IMG/VR virus record: IMGVR_UViG_3300012593_000001
Source of the DNA: a virus
Length of the DNA stretch: 64,000 nucleotides
Direction: 5' to 3' (one strand)
Below the pieces are notes generated by a model that saw nothing but the letters and a program-made list of their open reading frames with translations, did not search any database and was not told the DNA's origin. Position 1 is the stretch's first letter. Each line of letters opens with the position of its first letter. Positions 41,796-50,939 of the stretch are shown one piece after another. The translations under genes and the position numbers were made by a program.

Positions 41796-41859
41796 AAAAA
41801 GAGGCCTAACACTTTGTTAGTGCTAGGCCAACTTTAGACGATTTCGTCTAGGTAGTCAA
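41796..41859 (-). promoter_or_regulatory. Promoter TTGACT-N17-TAAAGT followed by the nrdE terminator hairpin
   Basis: GGCCTAGCACT / AGTGTTAGGCC plus TCTTTTT. Confidence 0.65.
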
Positions 41860-41862
41860 ATT

Positions 41863-43950
41863 CTACAGTGCGCAGGAAACGCAGCCTTCTACCTCAGTGC
41901 CCGCCAGAGCCTCCTGAAGCAGACGGATGTAGTAAATCGACTTCACACCGCTGTTCCACGCGCGGATTTGAGCCTTGTTGATGTCACGAGTGGTAGCGGT
42001 ATCGCGGAAGAACAAGGTCATAGATTGGCCTTGGTCCACAAACGGCGCAGACACAGCGTACATATCGATAACAGCGTTCGGGCCGTACTCGTACGCAGTC
42101 TTAATGCTCTTATGATTCTCGTTCGTCATGCCGTAAGCCGGGTAGTAAATACGTCCGGTCTTGCCTTCCTTGCGGATTTCAACCTTCGAGGTCACAGGGT
42201 GAATCGAGGCGGTGGCATTGTTGATGTACGAGATAGAGCCTGTAGGCGGGATAGCCTGAAGATGGCGGTTATACAGACCATCGATGCCTACTCTAGTCTT
42301 CAGGACCTTCCACTCTTCCTCAGAGATGCCGAAGCGGGAAGATACACCAAAGTCGATAATATCCTGAATCTGCTCGCCAGACTGCCAGCGGGAGCCCTCG
42401 AAGCCTTCGAAGGTATCCTCTTCCTCTTGAGCCTTACGCAGAGAAGCGGAAATGACGCTATAGGTGATATCTGACATGTACGAGCGCCAGAACTCGCGTG
42501 CTTCCTCGGAGTCGTAGTCGATGCCCTGCTCGATAAAGAAGCCGTGCAGGTTCATCTGGCCGAGGCCAATAGCTCGAGAGCCCTTGTTGCCGCGGTCTAC
42601 AGAAGGAACAGAGCCTAGCTCTGCATCTTCAGCAACGTTGGTGAGGAATCGGTACGCAACGTCAACAGCATGAGCGAACTCTTCGCGGTTATCGAGCTCT
42701 GCCATCTTAGCTACGTTCATCGAGCCAAGGTTGCAGGAGATATCGCGTCCTACCTCATCATAGAAGCCGTTCTCGTTGAACTTCGAACCAACCTGAGGCT
42801 GAAGGATTTCCGAGCAAAGGTTGCTCATGGTAATTCGGCCAATATTCGGCGCAGGGTTCCAACGGTTAGCGGTGTCCTCGAACATGATATACGGGTATCC
42901 AGACTCGAACTGAACCTCTGCCAAGGTCTGGAAGAACTTACGAGCTCGAATCTTGGTCTTGCGGATATCAGGGTTTTCGACCATGTTGGTGTACTCTTCG
43001 GTAACCGAGATATCCGCAAAAGGCTTGCCGTAAACCCGCTCTACGTCGTATGGCGAGAAGAGGTACATATCCTCGTTCTTCTTAGCTAGCTCAAAGGTGA
43101 TATCAGGGATGACCACACCAAGAGAAAGCGTCTTAATGCGAATCTTCTCATCTGCGTTTTCGCGCTTGGTATCCAGGAAGCTCATAATATCCGGGTGGTG
43201 GGCGTTCAAATAGACCGCTCCGGCACCTTGGCGAGCTCCGAGCTGGTTGGCGTAGGAGAAGGAATCCTCCAGCAGCTTCATAACCGGAATGATGCCAGAA
43301 GACTGATTCTCCATCTCCTTAATCGGCGCACCTGCTTCGCGGATATTAGACAGCAACAGAGCTACACCGCCACCTCGCTTAGATAGCTGCAAAGAGTCAG
43401 TAATACCGCGGGCAATCGACTCCATGTTGTCCTCAAGGCGCAACAGGAAGCAGGACACAGGCGCACCTGCTCGCACACGGCCAGCGTTGAGGAACGTGGG
43501 CGTAGCTGGCTGGAAGCGGCCAGAGATGATTTCGTCCACGATATCGAAGGCGTGGTCTAGGTTGTCGCTGAAGGACAGGGCAACCATAACTACGCGGTCC
43601 TCGTAGCGCTCAAGGAAGTGCTTTCCGGTCGTGTCCTTCATGGCGTACTGGCGATAGAACTTCTCCGCTCCCATCAAGGTCTTAAAGCGGAACTTCTTGC
43701 CGTAGGCGTGCTTCATCAAGGACTTAAGCGCATCGTGGCCGTACTTGAGTGCCACGTCAGAGCGCCAGTAGCCGTTCTTGATGAGGTAGCTGGTCTTCTC
43801 TTCGAGGTCATGGAAGAACCACGTGTTTGCGTTAACGCCGTCTTCTCCGATAAAGAACTCTCGAGCCGCCTCCTTGTCCTTTTCGAGCTGGAGGTTACCG
43901 TCTTCTCCCCAGAGATTAATTTCGGCGTTTAGGTCGCGGTAATGAGACAT
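41863..43950 (-). CDS. nrdE: Ribonucleotide reductase class Ib alpha subunit
   Basis: [40 protein letters not shown] and C-terminal CVSC. Confidence 0.97.
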   Translation of the reverse strand: MSHYRDLNAEINLWGEDGNLQLEKDKEAAREFFIGEDGVNANTWFFHDLEEKTSYLIKNGYWRSDVALKYGHDALKSLMKHAYGKKFRFKTLMGAEKFYRQYAMKDTTGKHFLERYEDRVVMVALSFSDNLDHAFDIVDEIISGRFQPATPTFLNAGRVRAGAPVSCFLLRLEDNMESIARGITDSLQLSKRGGGVALLLSNIREAGAPIKEMENQSSGIIPVMKLLEDSFSYANQLGARQGAGAVYLNAHHPDIMSFLDTKRENADEKIRIKTLSLGVVIPDITFELAKKNEDMYLFSPYDVERVYGKPFADISVTEEYTNMVENPDIRKTKIRARKFFQTLAEVQFESGYPYIMFEDTANRWNPAPNIGRITMSNLCSEILQPQVGSKFNENGFYDEVGRDISCNLGSMNVAKMAELDNREEFAHAVDVAYRFLTNVAEDAELGSVPSVDRGNKGSRAIGLGQMNLHGFFIEQGIDYDSEEAREFWRSYMSDITYSVISASLRKAQEEEDTFEGFEGSRWQSGEQIQDIIDFGVSSRFGISEEEWKVLKTRVGIDGLYNRHLQAIPPTGSISYINNATASIHPVTSKVEIRKEGKTGRIYYPAYGMTNENHKSIKTAYEYGPNAVIDMYAVSAPFVDQGQSMTLFFRDTATTRDINKAQIRAWNSGVKSIYYIRLLQEALAGTEVEGCVSCAL

Positions 43951-45616
43951 CTATTTCTCCAAAAATTCAGATAGAACGAAAAAGTTGAGGTAACCCACAA
44001 TACCAATAACGATGGCGAGTACGCCAGCGGTGGTGTTGTCATTGTGGATAAAGGCGATACCGCCGAGAACACCTAGAATAAAGGCGATAATTGCGAGGTC
44101 TCGGGCGAACTTGCTCCAGATGGTAGGTAGCGATATAGACTCAACAATCGCTTTCTTTAATACATCTTCATTCATGTTTATCTCTTTTCTGATGCTGTAA
44201 TGGTTGCCGCGCGGCCAAAATCTTCTGTGGCATCAATGCGCAGCGTGTAGAAGTACTTGCAGATGTCCTTGTCCCCGCTGTAGCCGAGCATGTCGAAAGC
44301 ATCGAGCATGGCGTTAACGAGAATATCTGAAGTGTCTTCGTCGTTTTCACTTGGTGGTAGCTGTACCTTAACCGACTTCTTTACTCCGGCCATAAGGTCT
44401 CCTTTACATGTACTTTTTCCGCCCCACAGAGGTGATTTTGCTTAGGTGTGTCCACCTGAAGCCGCTAGGAGACAGATACTTCATCGTGAGCTCTGTGCTG
44501 CCTTCGCTGTAGAAGAAGTCCACAACCTTACGGACGATGACCTCTTCTTCTGCACCTGAGATACTGGAGCGAACCTTAATTTTCTTGCCGGTTACGTAGT
44601 CTATCAGCTCATTGCATGATAGACTGTCCAGCTTTTTCATCGCCACCTGAACCACTTCTCCGGGTCGTTAGCATCGTCACCTTTTTCAATCCACCATACT
44701 GCAAAGCACAGAATGGCAAGCAAAAGCATGAACCACATTACTTCTTCTCCACCTTCACGTAGAGCTTGTAATCGCGGATTTGTGCTTCCGCGTGGTAGCC
44801 TTCCTTGACGTACTTGTCTTGCTGCTTGCGGAAGCAGTTGCAGTAATACTGCAAGGTGGTGCGCTTATGGCCCTTGTCTTCTCCGAGAGCAACCCAGCTA
44901 CCTGCATTCTCGTGTACGGCTTCCACAAAGGCCTGAGCGTCCTTATTCAGTGGGCGACCGCGGTAGCCGGACTCTGGCAATTCATCTACAACTTCAAAGC
45001 TCATTTTTATCTCCTTTTATTCTTCTGATGCCCAGTTTAGGAACTCTTTGGTGTCTTCTGTGGGCGTATATCGTGCGATGGCTATCCACCAGCGCATGTC
45101 AATAATTATATCGTGCTGTTGTTTTTGTGTCAAATTCTTCCATATCTCTCGTAGTTCTGAGAGAACCTCTTCTTGCAAGCTCTGAGAAGAAGAGCGGATA
45201 ATGGCATGGACCAGTTCGACGATGTTGTCTTTAATAGTTATCTTCGAAGCTCGGGTCATAGTAGTAATGTTCACACTCAAAGCAGATTTCCTCTTCGTAG
45301 AACTCTAGCGGTTCGTGGCAAAATACACAGGGCTGGCTCATTAGTCTTCCTCGATTGATACATGGACTTCTTGCAGCGGAGATTCCTTACGAGAGACAAT
45401 CTTAGCGCCTCGAAGCCCCATCTGGAACATCTTGTTCGCTGCTTCGTAGTAGTGGTCGAATGGCTTGTCTAGCAAGGTATCCCCTGAATCGAGCTGTACG
45501 TAGAACTTAATCTCGTACTGACCTTCACGGCGGATACGTGCCATAAGGTTGCCGAGCATCTCTTCGTACTTTTCAACCATGTCGTTATAGGCCTGTGCCC
45601 ATTCTTCTTCGCTCAT
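43951..45616 (-). CDS. Run of small hypothetical genes: 45341-45616, 45231-45341 (36-aa CxxC..CxxC peptide), 45017-45259, 44738-45004, 44637-44738 (33-aa hydrophobic peptide), 44404-44640, 44178-44393, 43951-44175
   Basis: Abutting or overlapping start-stop codons with AAGGA(G) RBSs. The two peptides are below the ORF-track cutoff and were read by hand. Confidence 0.7.
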
Positions 45617-45628
45617 TTTTATCCTTTC

Positions 45629-45852
45629 TGTGGGCGCGTTTTGAGTATTGCACAAAAGCTCTGTGGGCGCAAATTCGTATGGGCGCGTTTTGACAATTTG
45701 CTGGTGGGCGCGTTTGAGCCAGAGCTAAAAGCCGTGTGGGCGCGTTTTAGCTTCGCCTAATCCTCTGTGGGCGCGTTTCGCTATGGGCGCGTTTAAGCTA
45801 GAGCGCTGTGGGCGCGTTTTATTGGCCTGTGGGCGCGTTATGGGCGCGTTTT
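45629..45852 (+). repeat. Array of 10 direct repeats TGGGCGC(GTTT)
   Basis: Copies start at 45631, 45664, 45680, 45705, 45737, 45768, 45784, 45809, 45830 and 45841. Confidence 0.95.
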
Positions 45853-45922
45853 AGCTAGGCCGCTAGCCGTGGCTTTTGCATCACCGTGACGTAAAGGCGA
45901 GCTCCGCCGGATGTTTTAGGTA

Positions 45923-45970
45923 CAGATAAAGCCCCGGCTACCGAGTTTAATAGCTGCCGAGGCTTTATCT
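45923..45970. terminator. Long hairpin
   Basis: CAGATAAAGCCCCGGCTACC..GCTGCCGAGGCTTTATCTG inverted repeat. Confidence 0.6.
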
Positions 45971-46249
45971 GCTGTCAATACGAAAGGAGTTGCGCACCTT
46001 TTGCGCGTGTACCTTAGCCCGCACATTTACTAAGGCACGTTTATGAATATAGCCGAGGCTTCGAGCTCTGTCAAATTTTATATTCATCCCGCCGGGGCAA
46101 TCTGCCGCGGTGGAACGAGGCGTAGCCGTGGTGGTGGCTCGTAGTGCTGAGCTGCGGAGAGCAGAGGTCGATAGAGCTGGCCCTAAGACCAAGAGCTCGC
46201 GGAGACGAGCTGAGCCAGAGCAGCGGGGCCCTGCGGTGGCGCTTATTGA

Positions 46250-46880
46250 TTGATTGCATAGACGTGCGCTTATTTATGTATGTACGTATGTATTTATGCA
46301 TTTATATACGTGTATGTACATTTATTACATGTACGTGTTTATGTAGTTTAGCGTGCGTATATACGTATATATTTATATATTAATAATGTATTTATATACA
46401 TGCATATTATGCATATGTATGTATATTATATATGTATATATTTATATTTATTCGGGGGTAATATACGGGGGTAATACGCATGTATGCGTATTTACTTATA
46501 TAAATATGTACATATAAATAATTACTTATGTGAATATTATGCATACGGATGTATTTTATGCATAATGAATACTATGCATGACGATGCATAAAATACACTT
46601 GGCGAAATATAAAGAATCTTTTACATAAACCAAAATGAATTAGTTAAAGTTTCAACTAATTAGAAATTGTTTATATAAAGATTTTTGCATATGAAAAAGA
46701 TTTTCAAAATTCGTTAATGAAAATTGTTTCAAAATAGCTCGCCGGTATTGCCGGGGCCGTAGTTTGTGGGGCTGTATATAAGGGCCTTAAGGCCGGGTTG
46801 TTTCAGTACCTATATAGAGGAATTGAGAAATAGCCGATTTTTGTGGGTTGACCTGCACAAACAAAATAATTTAGGTCTAC
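46250..46880. promoter_or_regulatory. Non-coding block A: AT-rich alternating RY tract plus operator-like motifs
   Basis: TATG/CATA-rich tract; TGCAT-N3-ATGCA variants; tandem CGGGGGT; TGAAAAAGATTTTCA at 46692. Confidence 0.7.
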
Positions 46881-46883
46881 GAG

Positions 46884-46912
46884 TTGACACGATTTTTAAA
46901 CGGTGCTAAATT
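46884..46912 (+). promoter_or_regulatory. Early sigma-A promoter
   Basis: TTGACA-N17-(TG.)TAAATT. Confidence 0.8.
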
Positions 46913-46958
46913 GATATTTGTCCGATTGAGAGAGCAAACGAAAAAGGAAGGAAACAAA

Positions 46959-47408
46959 ATGTTTGCTGGAGAGTGGAACACCCTAACCGAAAAAATGACC
47001 ACCGCTTTTGAAGAGTGGCTAGGACAGTTTGGCCACGAATATAAAGAGGTGGAATGTTCCGTAAAAGACTCGCTGGAATGGGATTTCAAGAGCACCCTTG
47101 ACGCTATGAACTGGGAAGATGAAGACATCACCCCAGATGATGTGATTGCTGATGTGATTTTGTCCCTCGAAGGTATCGACGTGGAAGACTATCCCGAGCT
47201 GATTTTTACGCAGGATATTTGGCAGGTATTCGATGACCACACCCAAGAGTGCGAAACAGCGCTAGCCGATTTCGGCGGCGTGCAAGAATGTGACAACATT
47301 TGCGACGCTGTTTCTACCGCTGTCCACGCCTACTTGGCAGAAGAAGCTAACCTACTGATGTATGACGTGAAAGAAGAGCTGGAAGAGCTGGAAGAAATAC
47401 TTAAGTAA
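46959..47408 (+). CDS. Very acidic early protein, candidate DNA mimic (Ocr-like)
   Basis: About 41 D/E versus 6 K and no R in 149 aa (hand count); own promoter and AAAAGGAAGGAAA leader. Confidence 0.6.
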   Translation: MFAGEWNTLTEKMTTAFEEWLGQFGHEYKEVECSVKDSLEWDFKSTLDAMNWEDEDITPDDVIADVILSLEGIDVEDYPELIFTQDIWQVFDDHTQECETALADFGGVQECDNICDAVSTAVHAYLAEEANLLMYDVKEELEELEEILK

Positions 47409-47429
47409 CCAAGGTCACACTAAACTAAG

Positions 47430-47458
47430 TTGACAAAAATTTGCCGGCTTAGTAAACT
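47430..47458 (+). promoter_or_regulatory. Early sigma-A promoter
   Basis: TTGACA-N17-TAAACT. Confidence 0.8.
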
Positions 47459-47502
47459 AATAAATGTAAGCAAAAAGAGCTCATAAAGGAAGGAAAAATA
47501 AA

Positions 47503-47865
47503 ATGAGCCGCGTAGCATCCACTAACAAAGATTTCTTTAATAAGTTCGCGGAACTTGTGAGCAACCCTGAGGCATACGGTGGCAAGGTAACTAATCCGGG
47601 CCGGTCGCTAACTGGAATTGTGGTAACTGAAGATGTCCCGCTGTGGCGGGTGGGTACTGGATACCTCAACCCAGAACAAAAAGATAGCTTTTCCGCTGCA
47701 CTCGAAGACATGCTAACCCGCGGGGTTGCTGTGGTGGGGTATTCCTACGAAACGCCCATCTATATCGCACAATGGGTTGATGGAAAATTGAACTGGTGGG
47801 AAGTTGACGGCCGTTTCTCCACCACCACTAGCCGCCATCAATCCGGTTACCGCCTCGCGGTTTAA
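47503..47865 (+). CDS. Early hypothetical protein
   Basis: AAAGGAAGGAAAA leader; YSYETPI..FSTTTSRHQ motif. Confidence 0.8.
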   Translation: MSRVASTNKDFFNKFAELVSNPEAYGGKVTNPGRSLTGIVVTEDVPLWRVGTGYLNPEQKDSFSAALEDMLTRGVAVVGYSYETPIYIAQWVDGKLNWWEVDGRFSTTTSRHQSGYRLAV

Positions 47866-47874
47866 TCCGTAATA

Positions 47875-47915
47875 GCCTATTTGGACTCGCGGGGGTTCGA
47901 TTCCCCCGGTAGGCA
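47875..47915 (+). ncRNA. Mini-tRNA-like element (7-bp acceptor + T arm)
   Basis: GCCTATT-TGGACTCGC-GGGGG-TTCGATT-CCCCC-GGTAGGC-A. Confidence 0.65.
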
Positions 47916-47970
47916 CTAGCACCACACGGTGCGTACACCCCACCCCTACTAGTTTGGAAGGACTAGAAAC

Positions 47971-48681
47971 ATGTTGGAACTCGTGAACACTCTTATTGAT
48001 GTTGAGGCTGGTAAGAAGTACGAAATTTCTGTGGATGAATTCACAGAGTGCCCTATTGACATGGCCGGTTATGGGCGCGTAATGGGCGCGTTCACCGGGG
48101 CTGGCACTTTTGGCGAAGATCTTAAGGGCCGGATTGATGACTGGCAAAATGAGCGCGAAGAGCTGATAGAGGAACTCGAAGAATGCCACCGTGATTACAT
48201 GGTAGCCGAAGGCGAGTGGATTAAGGCCTATGTTCACGGCAACATGACCGAAGAGCGCGAAGTTTGGCAAGATGCCACCCTTGAGCGCACGCGGCTTCAG
48301 GACCTACTAGCGGACCTCGAAGAGCACGATAACAACCGGCCTAACCTGATGGTCATTTCCGAGCCTAGCCGGAAATACTTTGGCGGCTGTGATTTGTTTG
48401 TGGATATTGATGGTATCCTCGAAGAAACCGGACTTAAGGCCGAAGACGTGGAGCGCGTCGCGCGCGATATCCACCGCATGATGGTAACGTGGCTATCTAA
48501 CGAAATTTATCGCATCGATGCCTACGAATGGTGCGGTGATGTCGATATCCAAGAGTGGAATAACGACGGCCAGCCGAGCGATGTAGAAGACTGGAAAGAG
48601 CTGGAATCTATCGGCGGCGTGTATGACCTCAACTACTACGACCTAGAAAGTGTGAAAAATGAAATTAAATATTATATTTAA
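47971..48681 (+). CDS. Acidic early hypothetical protein
   Basis: GGAAGGA RBS; D/E-rich, 236 aa. Confidence 0.8.
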   Translation: MLELVNTLIDVEAGKKYEISVDEFTECPIDMAGYGRVMGAFTGAGTFGEDLKGRIDDWQNEREELIEELEECHRDYMVAEGEWIKAYVHGNMTEEREVWQDATLERTRLQDLLADLEEHDNNRPNLMVISEPSRKYFGGCDLFVDIDGILEETGLKAEDVERVARDIHRMMVTWLSNEIYRIDAYEWCGDVDIQEWNNDGQPSDVEDWKELESIGGVYDLNYYDLESVKNEIKYYI

Positions 48682-48695
48682 TATAATATAATATT

Positions 48696-48732
48696 AATCG
48701 GGTTACCTAATCGGTAATCCGATTTTTTATTT
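48696..48732 (+). terminator. Intrinsic terminator
   Basis: AATCGGGTTACC / GGTAATCCGATT plus T-run. Confidence 0.85.
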
Positions 48733-48734
48733 CT

Positions 48735-49430
48735 TTTTCATATAAAAGAAAATTTATATAAATTCAAAATTATATAAAAATTTTCTTAAATGAAAACGAT
48801 TTTCAACAATTGTTAATGGAATTGATTTTCACTTCAATCTTAAAGTGAAATTGATTTCCAAAAATCAAAATGTGTAAATTTCGATTTATATAAATTGAAA
48901 ATAGTTTCTTATGCAAAATATATTAGTTCAAACTAATATGAAAAATATTTTCATTTTTGACATATCAAAAATTTTTCATATTAGAAAAATTGCATATGAA
49001 AAAGATTTCCATTTTTCTTAATGAAAAATATTTCCAATTGCTTTTTGAAAATTGTTTCAAACAACTATTGAAAAAGTTTCCCAATTATTTTTGAAAGTTG
49101 TTGCCAATAAGGGTGTGGCCGAGCTCACAAAAATATTTTGCCGAAAATAGGCCGGTTTCGTGTTTGCAGGACGTCCAAAATAGGGCCTATATGGCTCTCT
49201 GAGCGCCTTAAGGGCCTCTCTGGTACAACTACCCTACTAGGTCGCTGTTAGGCCGCTGACGGGATTTCCGCAGGTCAAACTATATAAATTCACCGATTTT
49301 CGGGGGTAAAATGGGGGTAAAATTAGAATTTGACAATTTTTCGGTAGGGTAGTAAGGTCTGTAGTTAACTGACCTTTTTACCGGGTAGGGGGTTGGCTCG
49401 GAATTGTGACCGAGAACACACCGAAATAAT
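48735..49430. promoter_or_regulatory. Non-coding block B: tandem TGAAAA-N3-TTT(T/C)CA palindromes, CRP-like sites and promoter TTGACA(49330)-N17-TAAGGT
   Basis: About 10 copies between 48791 and 49106; TGTGG-N6-TCACA at 49114; TGTGA-N6-ACACA at 49405. Confidence 0.75.
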
Positions 49431-49501
49431 TTGTGTAGGGGTTGCGAGGTGTGTAAGCTTAAGTGTGTAAGAAAGAGAGACACCAAAAGGAAGGAAACAT
49501 A

Positions 49502-49972
49502 ATGTCTTTCGTTTATATGCCCGTTGCACTCCGTTCTGATAACAACCTCATGAACATCGCCCGCTAGGTTAATTTCAACGTTGAAAATACCCTCGACGAT
49601 TGCTCTCTAATCCTCGACGGCAAGACGGTGCCAGAGACCGCCGTTTATGTCGGTGGCTACTCCTTTGTTCATAGCCAAGATGAGTTCGGTAAGGATATCC
49701 ACGCCGCTTTTGATATGGCTAACTGGTGCCTAAACTCTAACGCGCCAGGCCGGAAAGTTATTGGGGTTTGGAACGGAATGGTTGAGGTGTCGGCAATCTT
49801 CACCCCCAAGCATGGCGAGAATTTAACGGATTTCGCCCGCCGTGTTCTACATGAGGCGGAACTACGCGGACAGACTGACGTATTCGTCACTAATGGCAAG
49901 GGTGGCGCGCTGTTCCCCGCCCAAACCACCAACGGCACCATCAACGGACTAGCGGACTACATCGACCGCTAA
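49502..49972 (+). pseudogene. Early gene with an in-frame amber codon at 49565-49567
   Basis: Promoter and AAAAGGAAGGAAA leader precede ATG 49502; after the TAG the same frame continues into the 49628-49972 ORF. Confidence 0.75.
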
Positions 49973-50111
49973 TGTCAAGTCGCGGGGGTGATTCTTTCCA
50001 GAGAATTACCCCCGGGGGTGACCGGGGGTAGCCGGTTTGCTTTTGACTTGCTCGCACCATATAATTAGGGGTGTAAGCAATTGAGAGGCAAACAAAAAGG
50101 AAGGAAAAATT

Positions 50112-50351
50112 ATGTTTCTCATTCAGGAAATTGGCTCGCGCGGGCCGGTAGGTTTGGCGGAACCACTCGACGCGAAGACTGTAAAAGGCGCGGTAAACAT
50201 CGCTATTAGGGAGGCAGATGACCGCACAACAATAGAGTTTCACGACGACGACACCGCCGTAATTGAGACTCCCGCGGGGTATCAATTCTACATCTATCCG
50301 CTACTGTGGGAGGAAAAGTACCACGTAATTTCGGATAAAATGGCAGTTTAA
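50112..50351 (+). CDS. Early hypothetical protein
   Basis: TTGCTT(50037)-N17-TATAAT promoter; shared leader; hairpin after the stop. Confidence 0.8.
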   Translation: MFLIQEIGSRGPVGLAEPLDAKTVKGAVNIAIREADDRTTIEFHDDDTAVIETPAGYQFYIYPLLWEEKYHVISDKMAV

Positions 50352-50391
50352 CCGGCCAGGGAAATTACCCCCTTGTGGGGGTGGTTTCCAG

Positions 50392-50420
50392 TTGACAAAG
50401 ATTCGGCAAAAAGCTATAAT
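50392..50420 (+). promoter_or_regulatory. Perfect consensus sigma-A promoter
   Basis: TTGACA-N17-TATAAT. Confidence 0.92.
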
Positions 50421-50455
50421 AAAAGTAGTTGCAAAGATAAAGGAAGGAAAGAAAA

Positions 50456-50590
50456 ATGTCTTTTGCGCTTGAGTTCATCTACCACATCATGACCATCATT
50501 TTGCTGCACGATTATATCCCGGTCGCCGGTGGTGTAATCCCAGAAGATTCCCAGTTGCTGGAACTGGCATACGAAATCGCGGGGTTGTAA
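50456..50590 (+). CDS. 44-aa early peptide (not in the ORF track)
   Basis: MSFALEFIYHIMTIILLHDYIPVAGGVIPEDSQLLELAYEIAGL, behind the perfect promoter and shared leader. Confidence 0.75.
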   Translation: MSFALEFIYHIMTIILLHDYIPVAGGVIPEDSQLLELAYEIAGL

Positions 50591-50592
50591 AA

Positions 50593-50799
50593 ATGAAACT
50601 GGAAACTTGGCAGGCTATCGGCATCGCTGCCTATGCGCTCGCGGTCTTTTTCGTTGTGACTATTCTGTTCGGATTGCTCCCTGGCTGGGAACGCTTGGAA
50701 GCAGTAGCGGTTATGGCGCTGGTGCTCGTAGGCTACCGGGCGGCGTGGCTATCGGGCCGTGATTATGGGCGGGCCGCTAGGCGAGCTGTACGCCGCTAG
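50593..50799 (+). CDS. Small 2-TM membrane protein
   Basis: Two hydrophobic helices, basic tail; terminator at 50814-50847. Confidence 0.75.
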   Translation: MKLETWQAIGIAAYALAVFFVVTILFGLLPGWERLEAVAVMALVLVGYRAAWLSGRDYGRAARRAVRR

Positions 50800-50939
50800 G
50801 ACAAAAGAAAATTAACCCCCGGTCTACTTAGTAGGGCCGGGGGTTTCGTCACGTCTGCGGGGCCGCTAGGGGCTGTCTAGGGGGTGCTGTGGTTCTGGGG
50901 TGTCGCCGGGGCCGGGCCGTATGCGTGGACGGGTAACGC

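Noticed and set aside
45629..45852. CRISPR array
   Set aside because: Repeats are only ~11 bp with short irregular spacers; the Cas4-like gene is a standard phage recombination nuclease and no other cas genes are present.
45965..46383. Short ORFs in the repeat / low-complexity region
   Set aside because: No convincing RBS; translations reflect low-complexity DNA.
46380..46600. ArgR ARG boxes
   Set aside because: The dyads have a 3-nt centre (TGCAT-N3-ATGCA), whereas ARG boxes have 4; left unassigned.
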